DNA from: Syntrophales bacterium | GTDB lineage: Bacteria > Desulfobacterota > Syntrophia > Syntrophales > UBA4778 | Reading direction: 5' to 3' | DNA: 64,000 nt | Assembly (NCBI GenBank): GCA_963665615.2 | Contig: CAXXQE010000001.1 | Location: forward strand, 389,151-453,150 | Shown here: piece by piece, positions 1 through 10,494 of the stretch | Layout of the letters: the number at the start of each line of letters is the position of its first letter | Position numbering within the stretch: position 1 is the first letter of the stretch | Notes under the pieces: generated by a model | What the model was told of the DNA's origin: nothing | Database searches by the model: none | What the model saw: only the letters and a program-made list of their open reading frames with translations | Translations under genes and position numbers: made by a program

Positions 1-2
1 GT

Positions 3-890
3 AGAACGGTTATTCGCAAATTCGAGCGTATTTCGGATGAACTGCTTCAATCAGCTGATGAGGTAAGTCGTTCTTCTGTCCAGTTGTCTGAAATCAGCAA
101 AAATTTAGCAGATGGCGCCTCAAGTCAGGCTGCGGGGATTGAGGAAACGTCTTCTTCTCTGGAGGAAATGTCCTCAATGACGCGCACCAATGCAGATAAT
201 GCTGCCCAGGCAAAAACATTGATGGATAAGACCCAGATTATCATTGGAAAAGTCAACAGCCACATCATTAATATGGAAAATTCTATTGATGAAGCAATGA
301 AAAGCAGCGAGCAAACCGGAAAGATCATTAAAACGATTGATGAGATCGCCTTCCAAACAAATTTGCTTGCACTGAATGCGGCGGTTGAAGCCGCCCGTGC
401 GGGCGAGGCGGGCGCCGGATTTTCCGTCGTTGCCGAGGAGGTGAGAAATCTGGCGATTCGTTCGGCAGAGGCTGCCCGCAATACGGCTCATTTGATCGAA
501 AGTACTATCAAGGCGGTTAATAGCAGCAGCGAACTGACACGTCTCACCCGAGAAGCCTTTGGGGAAAATATCGAAATCAGTGAAAAGGTCGGTCAGTTAG
601 TGGAAGAGATTTCCGCTGCATCCAACGAGCAGGCTTCAGGTATAAGCCAGATCAATCTGGCCATTACCGAACTCGATAAAATGACCCAAAACAATGCTGC
701 CAGTTCTGAAGAAGCTGCGTCAGCCGCAGAATTGATGAGCGCACAATCCGAAACCATTCGCTTCAATGTGGATAATCTGGTTTTATTTATTAAAGGGGAA
801 ACGTCGTCCAGGAGCACCGATGCAATCACTATCAAACCGACGACATCTAAGGTTGCGAGCGCTTTTGCCCGAACCAAAGAGGCGGATTAA
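3..890 (+). CDS. Methyl-accepting chemotaxis protein, C-terminal signalling domain (5'-truncated by window edge)
   Basis: Canonical MCP hairpin motif [40 protein letters not shown]; the frame is open from position 3, so the real start is upstream of the window. Confidence 0.95.
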   Translation, partial: RTVIRKFERISDELLQSADEVSRSSVQLSEISKNLADGASSQAAGIEETSSSLEEMSSMTRTNADNAAQAKTLMDKTQIIIGKVNSHIINMENSIDEAMKSSEQTGKIIKTIDEIAFQTNLLALNAAVEAARAGEAGAGFSVVAEEVRNLAIRSAEAARNTAHLIESTIKAVNSSSELTRLTREAFGENIEISEKVGQLVEEISAASNEQASGISQINLAITELDKMTQNNAASSEEAASAAELMSAQSETIRFNVDNLVLFIKGETSSRSTDAITIKPTTSKVASAFARTKEAD

Positions 891-1058
891 GAGGGTTGGA
901 TCAAGCGCTGTATTTTAATACGCGTAAGGCGCTGCAAAGAATTTATATAAAAATAGTTTCTTCATAGATTTCATTTCAGGCGTTCGGTTGCCGCGCTCCA
1001 AACATGATACCGAACGGATACCTGCGGCAAATTTTAGAAATGATCGGTTTGGGGACTG

Positions 1059-4000
1059 TCAGTACTGCATCTCCCTGAGCTTGGACGGTTCTTGTTCATA
1101 TAGTCGGACCGCCTTGATTCCATGTTTTTTCATTCGGTGGAGCAAGGTCGATCTATGCAGACCTAATAAAGCGGCTGCGCCATCCTGACCACTCACCTTG
1201 CCGCCACTTTTCTCAAGTGCATCCAGAATCAGTGCTTTTTCATTCTCTTTAAGATTTAGATCGTTATCCACCTTGATATTAGATTGCTCCTTTAAATCAG
1301 GGAAGCTGATCTTTGTCTCTCCCATGATGGCGGCCAATTCGATCACATTGGAAAGCTCTCGGATATTTCCCGGCCAAGAATGGGCCTTCAGTTTTTCCAT
1401 TTCCGAATTAGAGATGCCTATGAACTTTTTCGAATTTTGCTTGCTGTAGAGTTTGAGAAAGTGGGTTGCCAAATGCGGGATATCTTCTTTTCTTTCTCGA
1501 AGGGGCGGCACATGGATTGGAAAAACATTTAAACGATAGAAAAGATCCGACCTGAATTTTCCGTTTGCTACCTCGTCCCCCAAGTTCTTGTTTGTCGCGG
1601 CAATCAGCCTGAAATTGGAATGCAGTATTTTTGTTCCCCCGACACGTTGAAACTCTTTCTCCTGAAGGATTCTGAGCAATCTGCTTTGCGTAGAAGGCGG
1701 CAGTTCCGAGATCTCGTCCAGAAAGATGGTTCCATTGTTTGCAAGCTCAAAGCGTCCGGCCTTGGTGTGCGTCGCGCCGGTAAAGGCTCCTTTCTCGTGA
1801 CCGAACAGTTCGCTGTCGATTAAGGTATCAGGCAGCGCAGCGCAGTTCACACGTATAAAGGGCCCCTCCTTCCTGGCACTCTCCCGATGGATGGCGCGAG
1901 CCACCAATTCTTTTCCAACCCCGGTTTCGCCGTGAATCAATACGGTCGATTGCGTCGGAGCGACTTTCCAGATCAGGGCTTGAACTTTCGTAATGGCTTT
2001 GCTGGTGCCGACGATATCGCGAAACGGGCGTAATTCATCCATCGTCTCGTTGTAGTACATATTTTCCGAGAGGAGCTTCTTGTTCAATTGCTCTATTTCA
2101 TAATTAGACAGCACGCAGTCAAGGGCTAGCGCAACTTGGGAGGAAAGGATGGGGATGTATTCAGCATTATCGGCTTGATCGATAATATCAAGATTTAATG
2201 AACGCCCCTCTTTATAAAGGACGCCAACAATTCTGTTTAATGACTTAAGAGGTGAAATAATTATTCTTTTCTTTTCATTGCCACTTCCGACAGGCAATTC
2301 ATACCGGAGTATTTCACGACTGTTACCATGAGCGGCCGCTCGAATGAGTGCCATGCTTTCCCCAAAGTTCTCGTCGGTCAAATCTTCAGGAAAAATATTT
2401 CTTGACGCAATCATCCTGAGCTCGGATGTGCGTTTATCTTTTATAAAGAGTGCTTCTTTTTCGGCGCCGGAAACTCGGGTAATGGCAGAGATAATATTTG
2501 CAGCTAATTGTTCATGACTCTCCTGATTGAAAACGGCTTCGCTCATCTCCAGGCACAGATCGTGAATTACATTGCTTGTTCGAGCACCGTCTTTAGGAAG
2601 CAATTGAAATAAGTCGTGAGGAAACCGTTTAGGGGCAACAGATTTAAGAAAATTCCATGCCTTTGAGGCATAGTCCTGAGCCCTCTGGGTATCGCTCTGC
2701 TGCATATATAATCGGGCTAACTCTATTCTGATCAATGATGCTTCAAAATTTGCTCCTGCTTTGGTAGCGATCTCCTCTAGCGATAATAGTGTTTGAATCT
2801 TTTGGGAGGATGAAACTGTACTTTCAGGCGAAAGCGTTAAAAAGCGGTTCGTCATTGAATAGACAAGGGGATTCACTTCATCTATTTTTAGCTTGCGAAA
2901 GAAGTCGAAAGAATACTCGTATGCCTGATTTTTAATAATAAGGCCTTTTGAACACAATATGAAATAACCCTCTACCAGAGGGAAAAAAACGAGAAGGCTA
3001 ACCCAGTTGGAGGGATCGATTTTCAGGATAGGTTGATAAAAATGGAAAGCCCGGTCATAATCGCCCTCATGGCAGCATACATTGGCAAGACCTTTGCTCG
3101 CCAGAACCTCTATTATAGTCAGATTCGCTTTTTGGGCAATTTCAAGGGCTATTTCAAAATTTGCTCTGCTTTCTTCGAGGTTTCTCATTTGAAGAAGGAT
3201 CATGCCTGCTGTCGTATGCGCAAAGGCCAACAAGGGCAAGTTTTCATTTTTTCGACAGAAATTCTGAATGGACTCTGAAATACCAATGCCCCTCTGTGGC
3301 ATGCCGATTTCTGTATAGCAGACCGCGAGACTGAGGGCCGCTACCAAGAAAAAGTCGCTGTTTTCATATGTTTCCAAATCGCCCAACGCTTCTTCATAGC
3401 ATTCAACCGCCTTGGTGAAGTCACCTTTCATGCCATAAACCAAGCCGCGAACCTTTAGCCCTTTCCTCAATAGTTCTGGGTCGTTCACCTGGTTAATGAT
3501 CTCCCAGGCACGATTGAAATGCTCCAGCGCCTGCTGATGCTGAAGAGACAGCCAATGGTTCTGCCCGATCAGCATCTCCAGGTGGGCCTGGTTTTTTAAA
3601 TCCTTGCGTTTAATCGTATTCTCAAGGGCAAGATCCAGAAAGCGCCTCAAGTCCTGCAGGCTTGGGTGAAAGAAGGAAAGGGACGCCCGATGTTCAACCG
3701 CGAGGATAAAGGTGTTCCATGTTGTTTCGGAAAGCAGTTTGCCGGTTATAAGCAGTTGTTCGACGAATATTAAAATGGCATCATAATAATAAGAGGCTGA
3801 AGATAATCTGTTTTGCTTCTCCTCAAGGTAGCCAGCCGAGGCAATAATGTCCAGATCCTCTTCCCGAAGGCCTGCCAGAATATATTGCTGGGCGAGCGTT
3901 AGCGTTATTTCTTCATTGGGAAGCAGCTTTAAGAGCCTGTCTGCGGAGAGGCGATAATACGACGATAATTCCTCCGCCGGCAACAGAGCGATTGCTTCCT

Positions 4001-4226
4001 CATAAGGGAAATTCGAGGACCAGCTATAATGTCCGCGACGTTCCGGCAACGGCTTGATCCAGTGCCGCTTTAAGAGTAATTGCAAAATGTCGTAAATGAT
4101 TGAGTGAGGGAGATCGGGAAACCAATCTACGGAAAAGGACTTAGGGTAACCGATGAGAGAATAAAAAATCGGTTTTTCTTCACTCGTGAGCTTTGATACG
4201 AATTCGGAAACAATCGTTTGTTTCAT
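1059..4226 (-). CDS. Large sigma-54-dependent transcriptional activator (helical/TPR-like N-terminus, GAF-like domain, AAA+, Fis-type HTH)
   Basis: GETGVGKE Walker [22 protein letters not shown] Walker B, WPGNIREL, C-terminal HTH AAALLGLHRSTLLHRMKK; TPR-like helices such as GDFTKAVECYEEAL. Confidence 0.93.
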   Translation of the reverse strand: MKQTIVSEFVSKLTSEEKPIFYSLIGYPKSFSVDWFPDLPHSIIYDILQLLLKRHWIKPLPERRGHYSWSSNFPYEEAIALLPAEELSSYYRLSADRLLKLLPNEEITLTLAQQYILAGLREEDLDIIASAGYLEEKQNRLSSASYYYDAILIFVEQLLITGKLLSETTWNTFILAVEHRASLSFFHPSLQDLRRFLDLALENTIKRKDLKNQAHLEMLIGQNHWLSLQHQQALEHFNRAWEIINQVNDPELLRKGLKVRGLVYGMKGDFTKAVECYEEALGDLETYENSDFFLVAALSLAVCYTEIGMPQRGIGISESIQNFCRKNENLPLLAFAHTTAGMILLQMRNLEESRANFEIALEIAQKANLTIIEVLASKGLANVCCHEGDYDRAFHFYQPILKIDPSNWVSLLVFFPLVEGYFILCSKGLIIKNQAYEYSFDFFRKLKIDEVNPLVYSMTNRFLTLSPESTVSSSQKIQTLLSLEEIATKAGANFEASLIRIELARLYMQQSDTQRAQDYASKAWNFLKSVAPKRFPHDLFQLLPKDGARTSNVIHDLCLEMSEAVFNQESHEQLAANIISAITRVSGAEKEALFIKDKRTSELRMIASRNIFPEDLTDENFGESMALIRAAAHGNSREILRYELPVGSGNEKKRIIISPLKSLNRIVGVLYKEGRSLNLDIIDQADNAEYIPILSSQVALALDCVLSNYEIEQLNKKLLSENMYYNETMDELRPFRDIVGTSKAITKVQALIWKVAPTQSTVLIHGETGVGKELVARAIHRESARKEGPFIRVNCAALPDTLIDSELFGHEKGAFTGATHTKAGRFELANNGTIFLDEISELPPSTQSRLLRILQEKEFQRVGGTKILHSNFRLIAATNKNLGDEVANGKFRSDLFYRLNVFPIHVPPLRERKEDIPHLATHFLKLYSKQNSKKFIGISNSEMEKLKAHSWPGNIRELSNVIELAAIMGETKISFPDLKEQSNIKVDNDLNLKENEKALILDALEKSGGKVSGQDGAAALLGLHRSTLLHRMKKHGIKAVRLYEQEPSKLREMQY

Positions 4227-4509
4227 ATGATCTCCCTTCGGTTACAGAAGTGAAAATAAAATACAATTTTGAGATGGGTGAAGTAACGCCTCCGTATACT
4301 GAAATATTGTCCTTTAAGCTATCTCAACCAGATAAATTCAAATTCACCAACCTGTTTTGAACAATCGTCTGCGTTTCAAATATTATAAAAAAGGTCACAA
4401 GTCAATCAATGATTAAATGTGAACACTTGTAGTAATTTGCTCAGCGCAATCTTCAAGCTGATAAGCGTAACAAGTTATATTTATAAATACTTATGACTAA
4501 ATAGATGGG

Positions 4510-4525
4510 CGGTACACATATTGCT
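4510..4525 (+). promoter_or_regulatory. Sigma-54 (-24/-12) promoter for the SnoaL-like/ADH operon
   Basis: CGGTACACATATTGCT = GG-N10-GC, about 70 nt before the 4593 start and divergent from a sigma-54 activator gene. Confidence 0.75.
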
Positions 4526-4592
4526 AAACTGACAATACTGGAACTATTGAAACTTATTTTGTGCCTTGGTGCACTACTTCAGGAGGGGTCAC

Positions 4593-5039
4593 ATGGTGAT
4601 GAGTTTAGAAGAGCGGGTTCAGAGGCACGATGACATCTTGGAGATCATGAAGTTGCACTGGACATACGGCCACTTTTGTAACAAGGGATGGAATGGCAAA
4701 GAAATGGACCTGGAGCAGATCATATCGCTGTTCACGGCGGACGCAACATGGGAATGTCCTTCTTCAGGATTATATGGAAAGGGTCATGAAGAGATTTCAA
4801 AGTTGTTTTGTGCTATGGGCAATAGTGATCATTTCTTTTCTCATTCATTTACGAACCCTATTATAGATGTAAATGGAGACTGCGCAGAAGGGAAATGGCT
4901 CTTGGTATTGGGGAGTAGGCCCGGTGAAAAGGTCAGGACGACCTATGGAAGTTACGTGAATGACTATGTGAGAACAGAAGCAGGCTGGCGTATTAAAGCC
5001 ATCCGGCTCTATTTGGCAGAAGTTTTGGAAGCTTCTTAG
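4593..5039 (+). CDS. NTF2/SnoaL-like fold protein (LinA/BaiE-like)
   Basis: AGGAGG RBS at 4581 then ATG at 4593; pattern LEERVQ..DD..EI.KL...Y, LFTADATW, HSFTNPII, YVNDYVRTEAGWRI. Confidence 0.8.
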   Translation: MVMSLEERVQRHDDILEIMKLHWTYGHFCNKGWNGKEMDLEQIISLFTADATWECPSSGLYGKGHEEISKLFCAMGNSDHFFSHSFTNPIIDVNGDCAEGKWLLVLGSRPGEKVRTTYGSYVNDYVRTEAGWRIKAIRLYLAEVLEAS

Positions 5040-5099
5040 ACGAAACTATTTATACAAAAACGCATTCTAACCAATTGAGTTCCTGTAGAGGAGGATATC

Positions 5100-6194
5100 G
5101 TGAAAATATCTGCTGTTGTACAAAAGGATCCTGACTCCGAATTTGTAATTGAGGAGGTGGACCTTGAAGAGCCCCGCTATGATGAAATCCTGGTCAAAAT
5201 TGCAGGATCTGGGATATGCCATACGGATCTGGGGGCGGCGAAGCTCCTCCCTCGAGAAGCCTTTCCTGCGGTATTTGGACATGAAGGGTCCGGTATTGTG
5301 GAAAAGGTCGGCAGTCATGTCAGGGATATCAAACCCGGCGATCATGTCGTATTGACCCAGCATCTGTGCGGTGCCTGCAAACCCTGCCTGACAGGCAACC
5401 CGTGCTATTGTCAGAACGGCGTCTTGTTGAACATGAGTGGCGGGCGTGGAGACTCCTCAAGAACAATATCCAAAGACGGTAAGCCCTACTTTGGTTCCTG
5501 GTTTACGCAATCCTCCTGGGCGAGTTATGCGCTGGCTCATGAGAAAAGCGTGGTGAAGGTGCCTGAAGATCTGCCCGTTGAGATGCTGGGTCCACTGGGA
5601 TGCGGATTTCAAACGGGCGCCGGCGCCGTGATCAATGCACTTTGCCCGCCATTGGGTTCCTCCATTGCCATTTTTGGAGTGGGGACTGTAGGGCTGGCAG
5701 CTATTATGGGGGCTGTCCTGAATGGCTGCAGCAAGATTATTGCGATCGATGTCATGCCGGAACGACTCGAATTAGCCAAAACACTCGGTGCAACCCATGT
5801 GGTGAATGCAAAGGCGGAGGTGCCGTCTGAAGCCGTCAAAGCGATAACGGGCGGAGGCGCAGATTATGCACTTGAGTGTATCGGAAACCCCGCGGTATTC
5901 CGTCAGGCCGTTGAGTCAACCTCCCAATCTGGCGAGTGTGGCTTGATTGGATTGTCAGCGCCGGGTACCGAGGTTTCTCTTGATATGAATGGTATTTTGT
6001 TCGGTCGGAAGATAAGGGGCATTCTGGAGGGAGATGCGATCTCTCCAATTTTCATTCCCCAGCTGATAGAGTATTACAGGCAAGGTCGCTTCCCGATCGA
6101 TCGTCTGATCTCGTTTTATCCAATGACAGACGTCAACAAAGCGATAGCAGATACTCTGTCGGGGAAGACTTTAAAAGCCGTTCTTCGTCCGTGA
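5100..6194 (+). CDS. Zn-dependent NAD(P)-alcohol dehydrogenase, aryl/benzyl-alcohol-dehydrogenase-like
   Basis: GICHTD, GHEGSG, structural-Zn motif C-x2-C-x2-C-x7-C (CGACKPCLTGNPCYC), PLGCGFQTGAGAV, G.GTVG Rossmann motif. Confidence 0.92.
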   Translation: MKISAVVQKDPDSEFVIEEVDLEEPRYDEILVKIAGSGICHTDLGAAKLLPREAFPAVFGHEGSGIVEKVGSHVRDIKPGDHVVLTQHLCGACKPCLTGNPCYCQNGVLLNMSGGRGDSSRTISKDGKPYFGSWFTQSSWASYALAHEKSVVKVPEDLPVEMLGPLGCGFQTGAGAVINALCPPLGSSIAIFGVGTVGLAAIMGAVLNGCSKIIAIDVMPERLELAKTLGATHVVNAKAEVPSEAVKAITGGGADYALECIGNPAVFRQAVESTSQSGECGLIGLSAPGTEVSLDMNGILFGRKIRGILEGDAISPIFIPQLIEYYRQGRFPIDRLISFYPMTDVNKAIADTLSGKTLKAVLRP

Positions 6195-6229
6195 TAATTT
6201 TGGTATGGTTTCACTTGAGGCCAATTCCG

Positions 6230-6271
6230 ATCGTGTGATCTGACTTCCTAAATGGCGTCAGGTCACACGAT
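6230..6271 (+). terminator. Stem-loop after the ADH gene (probable terminator)
   Basis: ATCGTGTGATCTGAC ... GTCAGGTCACACGAT inverted repeat, 15 bp with one G-U pair. Confidence 0.55.
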
Positions 6272-6593
6272 TAGAGTATAGCATCGTCGCTTTATCTCAT
6301 CCCTGTCAAAACTCCTCCCCTTGGTATTGAGATCACCAAAAGCCACGCCGCATAGACCTGTCTGTCTATAAACGGGGCATACATTAGCCTGATGGTTAAT
6401 CGACCGACGACCGGCACCGTATATCACCGAGTCAATAGCAAGCCGCCGGAAGGTAACACTTTTTTTCCTTGGTGAAAAATCTTGCGAAAGCCGTTATGTT
6501 TAATTTAATCGCTAACCCGCCACGCCCTTTGAAGATTTCGATCGGAGCGGGAAGAACATACCGGAACAATTTGTAAATGGAAAGAAAGAACCT

Positions 6594-9500
6594 ATGAGCG
6601 AGACAGACGCATCGAAAATAAACGGCAGGGAGTCGGAGAGAGAGGCCGCTGGAGATAGGCAGACTCCCGGCGGTATAGCCGATATCCTGATACTTGCCCT
6701 GAAACATGCGCAGGAAAGTTTTTTTCTTGTCGCTAAAGATGGACGGTTCCTCTTCGCCAATGAAGCGGCATGCCGATTACTGGGCTACACACAGGCGGAA
6801 CTTCTCGGTATGAGTGTGCCGAATATCGATTCCGACGATCAGCTCGATCGCGTGCAAGCTCGCTTGAGCGATTTGGTCAAGGTGCGTCACGCTACCTTTG
6901 AAAGTCGTCACCGTACCAAGGACGGTCAAATTTTCCCTGTTGAGGTCAATGCCAATTATTTGGAGTACGACGGTCAGGGGTATATTCTTGCGCTTGTTCG
7001 CGACATTACCGAGCAGAAGCGCGCCGAGGATGCCCTTAGAGTCAGTGAAGAGAAATTTCTCAAGGCCTTTAAGGTCAATCCTGGGATGATGTCCATAACC
7101 ACAATGGCAGAAGGACGCTATCTCGATGTGAATGAAAGTTGGTTGCGAGCCTTCGGATTTTCCCGCGATGAGGTCATTGGCCGAACCTCCGTCGAACTCG
7201 GTCTTGTCTTGCCTGAAGCGCGTGAGTCCCTGAGATGTACACTGGAGCAAAACGGCTATCTGAGTGAGCTACCGATGCAGTACCGGACAAAGACCGGTGA
7301 TATGCACGAGTGTCTGTCCTCCGCCGAGATAATCGATATCGCCGGGCAGAAGCATTTGCTGGTACTGACGAACGACATCACCGAGCGCAGGCGCACCGAG
7401 GATGCCCTCAAAATCAGTGAAGAGAAATTACTCAAGGTCTTTAAGGCCAATCCGGGAATGATATCCATCACCACGAGGGATGAGGGACGCTATCTTGATG
7501 TGAATGAAAGTTGGTCGCAAGCCCTCGGATTCTCCCGTGAGGAGGTCATTGGCCGGACCGTTGTTGAACTTGGTATTCTTTCGCCCAGGGAGCGAAAGGT
7601 CATGCGACGAGCATTCGAGCAAAGCGGATATCTCAGGGACTATCCGATATCGTTCCGGACAAAAGCTGGCGATATGCGCGACTGCCTGCTTTCCGCCGAG
7701 ATAATCGATATCGCCGGGCAGGAGCATTTGCTGGTCCTGACGAACGACATCACCGAGCGCAGACAGGCGGAGGATGCCCTCAAAATCAGTGAAGAGAAAT
7801 TCCTCAATGCCTTTAAGGCCAATCCGGGAATGATGACCATCACCACGATGGCGGATGGACGCTATATCGATGTGAGTGAAAGGACCTTGCAGATCCTTGG
7901 ATTCTCCCGCGAAGAGATAATCGGCCGAACTACCTCAGAGGTTGGTGTTGTATCTTCTGAGGCGCGTGAGGCTATGCGGCGGGCATTAGAGCAAACCGGA
8001 TCTCTGAGGGATTACCCGATGCAGTTCCGGACAAAAGCCGGAGAGACGCGGGAGTGCCTGTCCTCTGCTGAGGTGATCGATATTGCCGGGCAGAAACATC
8101 TGCTGGTCCTGTCGAACGACATCACCGAACAGAAGCGTATTGAGGATGCCCTCAGGGCCAGTGAAGAGAAATTCCTCAAGGCCTTCAAGGCCAATCCGGG
8201 GATGATAACAATAACCACGATGGCAGAAGGACGCCTGGTCGATGCCAATGACATTTTTTTGGAGACCATTGGATTTTCGCTCAAGGAGGTCATTGGCCGA
8301 ACGACCGCTGAACTCGGCATTCTCTCCTCATTGGAGGCGCGGGAGGCCATGCGCCGTGCATTCGAGCAAGACGGATATCTGAGGGAGTACCCGGCTTCGA
8401 TAAAGGCAAAAACCGGTGATATGCGAGACTGCCTTGCCGCAGGTGAGATGATCGATATCGCCGGGAAGAAACATTTTTTGCTCCTGATGAACGACATCAC
8501 GGAGCAGAGGCGCGCCGAGGAAGCGTTGCGCGAGCGTGAGGAGGCGTATCGCACGCTTACCGAAAATCTGCCCGACGCACTATTCCGCTATGACCGTGAC
8601 TGCCGGCACGTTTATATGAACCCGGCAGCCAAAGAACTCATGAAGTTGCCGGAATCTGGGGTGATTGGTGTCATGCCCGCTGATGTTAAGTTCACTCCTG
8701 AATTCGCACCTGAATCCGCAGTGGCGCGCGCTTACCAGGACATGCTTCGGGATGTCATGGAAACGGGTCAACCGGGTGAATATGAATTCGATGTGGATAT
8801 ACCGGCAACGCTGCCGGGAGAAAAGAGGCGTTCCAAAAACATGAGGACCCGTGTTGTTCCCGAGCGCAACAGGCAAGGAGAGATTGTTGGTGCATTGGGG
8901 ACGGCACGGGATATCACTGTTTTGCGGGAAGCGGAGCGGCAGTTGCGAACCCTGGTGGAAAACCATCCGGACTTTATTGTGCGCTTCGATTCAGAGGGGC
9001 GCTACTCTTATGTCAATCCGGCAGTTACAAGGGCGTTCGGTGCTACAGTGGAATACTTCATCGGCAGGACGCTCCTCGATCCGGAACTGGCAGTTCTAGG
9101 TTTAGAACTCTCCCCTCTGCACGAGTCAATTGTCCAGACCGCTAAGAAAGGCATGCCTGTCAACAGGGAAGAATGTTGGCTTACGACAGAGGGCCAGCGC
9201 TATTTCGAAGTCAGGCTTATTCCGGAAAAAGATGAGATGGCTAGAGTCGTAAGTGTGCTGGGCATTGCCCGCGACATCACCGAGCGCATTCATGCCGAAA
9301 TAGAGAAGGTTCAACTTGAATCCCAGCTTCTCCAATCACAGAAAATGGAAGCCATCGGCACCATGGCAGGAGGCATTGCTCATGATTTCAATAATATTCT
9401 CGGAATCATCATGGGCAACGTCGATCTGACGCTTAAATCCGCCGGGCTGAATAGGGAATTGGGAATATATTTGTCAAGGATCATGACCGCCAGCGAGCGA

Positions 9501-10478
9501 GCCAGGGATCTGATCAAACAGGTGTTGACGTTCAGTCGTCAGAATGAACATAGGATGATTCCTCTGAAGGTTGCCCCACTGATCAGAGAGTCGATAAAGC
9601 TATTGACCGCCGCGGTTTCGTCAACGATCCAAATCGAACAGAAGATAGATATTGCCAAGGACGTGGTGATTGCCGATCCAATCCAGATTCACCAGGTCTT
9701 TCTGAATTTGTGTACAAACTCGGCGTATGCCATGCGTGACAAAGGCGGGTTCCTAAAAGTAAGTTTGAGCAATATCGAAATTTCTGCATCATCTCCTGAG
9801 ATGGTGCTTCCCGTTCCCCGGCCCGGATCGTATCTCGACTTGGCCGTGAGCGATACCGGTCAGGGAATCGCGTTGGATATCATTGACAAGATATTCGATC
9901 CTTTTTTTACTACGAGGCGAGAAGACGGAGGGTCCGGATTGGGACTCTCCGTTGTTCACGGCATTGTCAAACAGCACGAAGGGGGCATCGCGGTGCAAAG
10001 TTCACGGGGAGCAAAGACGGTTTTTCATGTCTATCTTCCCCTGTGCGAAGGGGATGGGGACAATATAGCGATGGAAACCGAAACGCCGTTGATATTCGGA
10101 AGCGGCCAGATTCTATTCGTGGATGACGAGGAGGCAATGGTGGTGATAGCAGAAGAGATGTTGAGGTATCTGGGATACAAAGTTGTCGGTACAACAGACA
10201 GTCAGGCGGCTTTGGCGTTATTCAAAGGCGCCCCTGATTTGTTCGATCTGGTGATAACCGATCTTACGATGCCGCACCTGTCCGGCGATAGCCTGGCCCA
10301 GGAGATGGCCCTGATTCGTCCCGATATTCCCATTATTTTCTGCACCGCGACGGCAACGCGAGAGGCGCGAGAAAAAGTGCAATCGAATGACTCACGGGAT
10401 TTTCTAACGAAACCTTTCGATATCAAAACCCTTGCCTCAGCCGTATCGAATATGTTAGCGAACAGCAAGCAGAAGTAA
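6594..10478 (+). CDS. Soluble multi-PAS hybrid sensor histidine kinase (PAS x7, HisKA, HATPase, receiver)
   Basis: Repeated PAS/PAC ends (DITE/DITV), H-box AGGIAHDFNNIL, G-boxes DTGQGI and GSGLGLSVV, receiver FVDDE...DLTMP...KPF; no transmembrane segment seen. Confidence 0.95.
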   Translation: MSETDASKINGRESEREAAGDRQTPGGIADILILALKHAQESFFLVAKDGRFLFANEAACRLLGYTQAELLGMSVPNIDSDDQLDRVQARLSDLVKVRHATFESRHRTKDGQIFPVEVNANYLEYDGQGYILALVRDITEQKRAEDALRVSEEKFLKAFKVNPGMMSITTMAEGRYLDVNESWLRAFGFSRDEVIGRTSVELGLVLPEARESLRCTLEQNGYLSELPMQYRTKTGDMHECLSSAEIIDIAGQKHLLVLTNDITERRRTEDALKISEEKLLKVFKANPGMISITTRDEGRYLDVNESWSQALGFSREEVIGRTVVELGILSPRERKVMRRAFEQSGYLRDYPISFRTKAGDMRDCLLSAEIIDIAGQEHLLVLTNDITERRQAEDALKISEEKFLNAFKANPGMMTITTMADGRYIDVSERTLQILGFSREEIIGRTTSEVGVVSSEAREAMRRALEQTGSLRDYPMQFRTKAGETRECLSSAEVIDIAGQKHLLVLSNDITEQKRIEDALRASEEKFLKAFKANPGMITITTMAEGRLVDANDIFLETIGFSLKEVIGRTTAELGILSSLEAREAMRRAFEQDGYLREYPASIKAKTGDMRDCLAAGEMIDIAGKKHFLLLMNDITEQRRAEEALREREEAYRTLTENLPDALFRYDRDCRHVYMNPAAKELMKLPESGVIGVMPADVKFTPEFAPESAVARAYQDMLRDVMETGQPGEYEFDVDIPATLPGEKRRSKNMRTRVVPERNRQGEIVGALGTARDITVLREAERQLRTLVENHPDFIVRFDSEGRYSYVNPAVTRAFGATVEYFIGRTLLDPELAVLGLELSPLHESIVQTAKKGMPVNREECWLTTEGQRYFEVRLIPEKDEMARVVSVLGIARDITERIHAEIEKVQLESQLLQSQKMEAIGTMAGGIAHDFNNILGIIMGNVDLTLKSAGLNRELGIYLSRIMTASERARDLIKQVLTFSRQNEHRMIPLKVAPLIRESIKLLTAAVSSTIQIEQKIDIAKDVVIADPIQIHQVFLNLCTNSAYAMRDKGGFLKVSLSNIEISASSPEMVLPVPRPGSYLDLAVSDTGQGIALDIIDKIFDPFFTTRREDGGSGLGLSVVHGIVKQHEGGIAVQSSRGAKTVFHVYLPLCEGDGDNIAMETETPLIFGSGQILFVDDEEAMVVIAEEMLRYLGYKVVGTTDSQAALALFKGAPDLFDLVITDLTMPHLSGDSLAQEMALIRPDIPIIFCTATATREAREKVQSNDSRDFLTKPFDIKTLASAVSNMLANSKQK
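7001..8491 (+). repeat. Four tandem intragenic PAS-PAC repeats (372, 372, 372 and 375 bp)
   Basis: CGACAT(T/C)AC unit starts at 7001, 7373, 7745, 8117 and 8492; each unit encodes a variant of EDAL..SEEKFL.AFK.NPGM..ITT...GR...IAG..H.L.L.ND. Confidence 0.92.
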
Positions 10479-10494
10479 CCATCGGGGATTTTAA

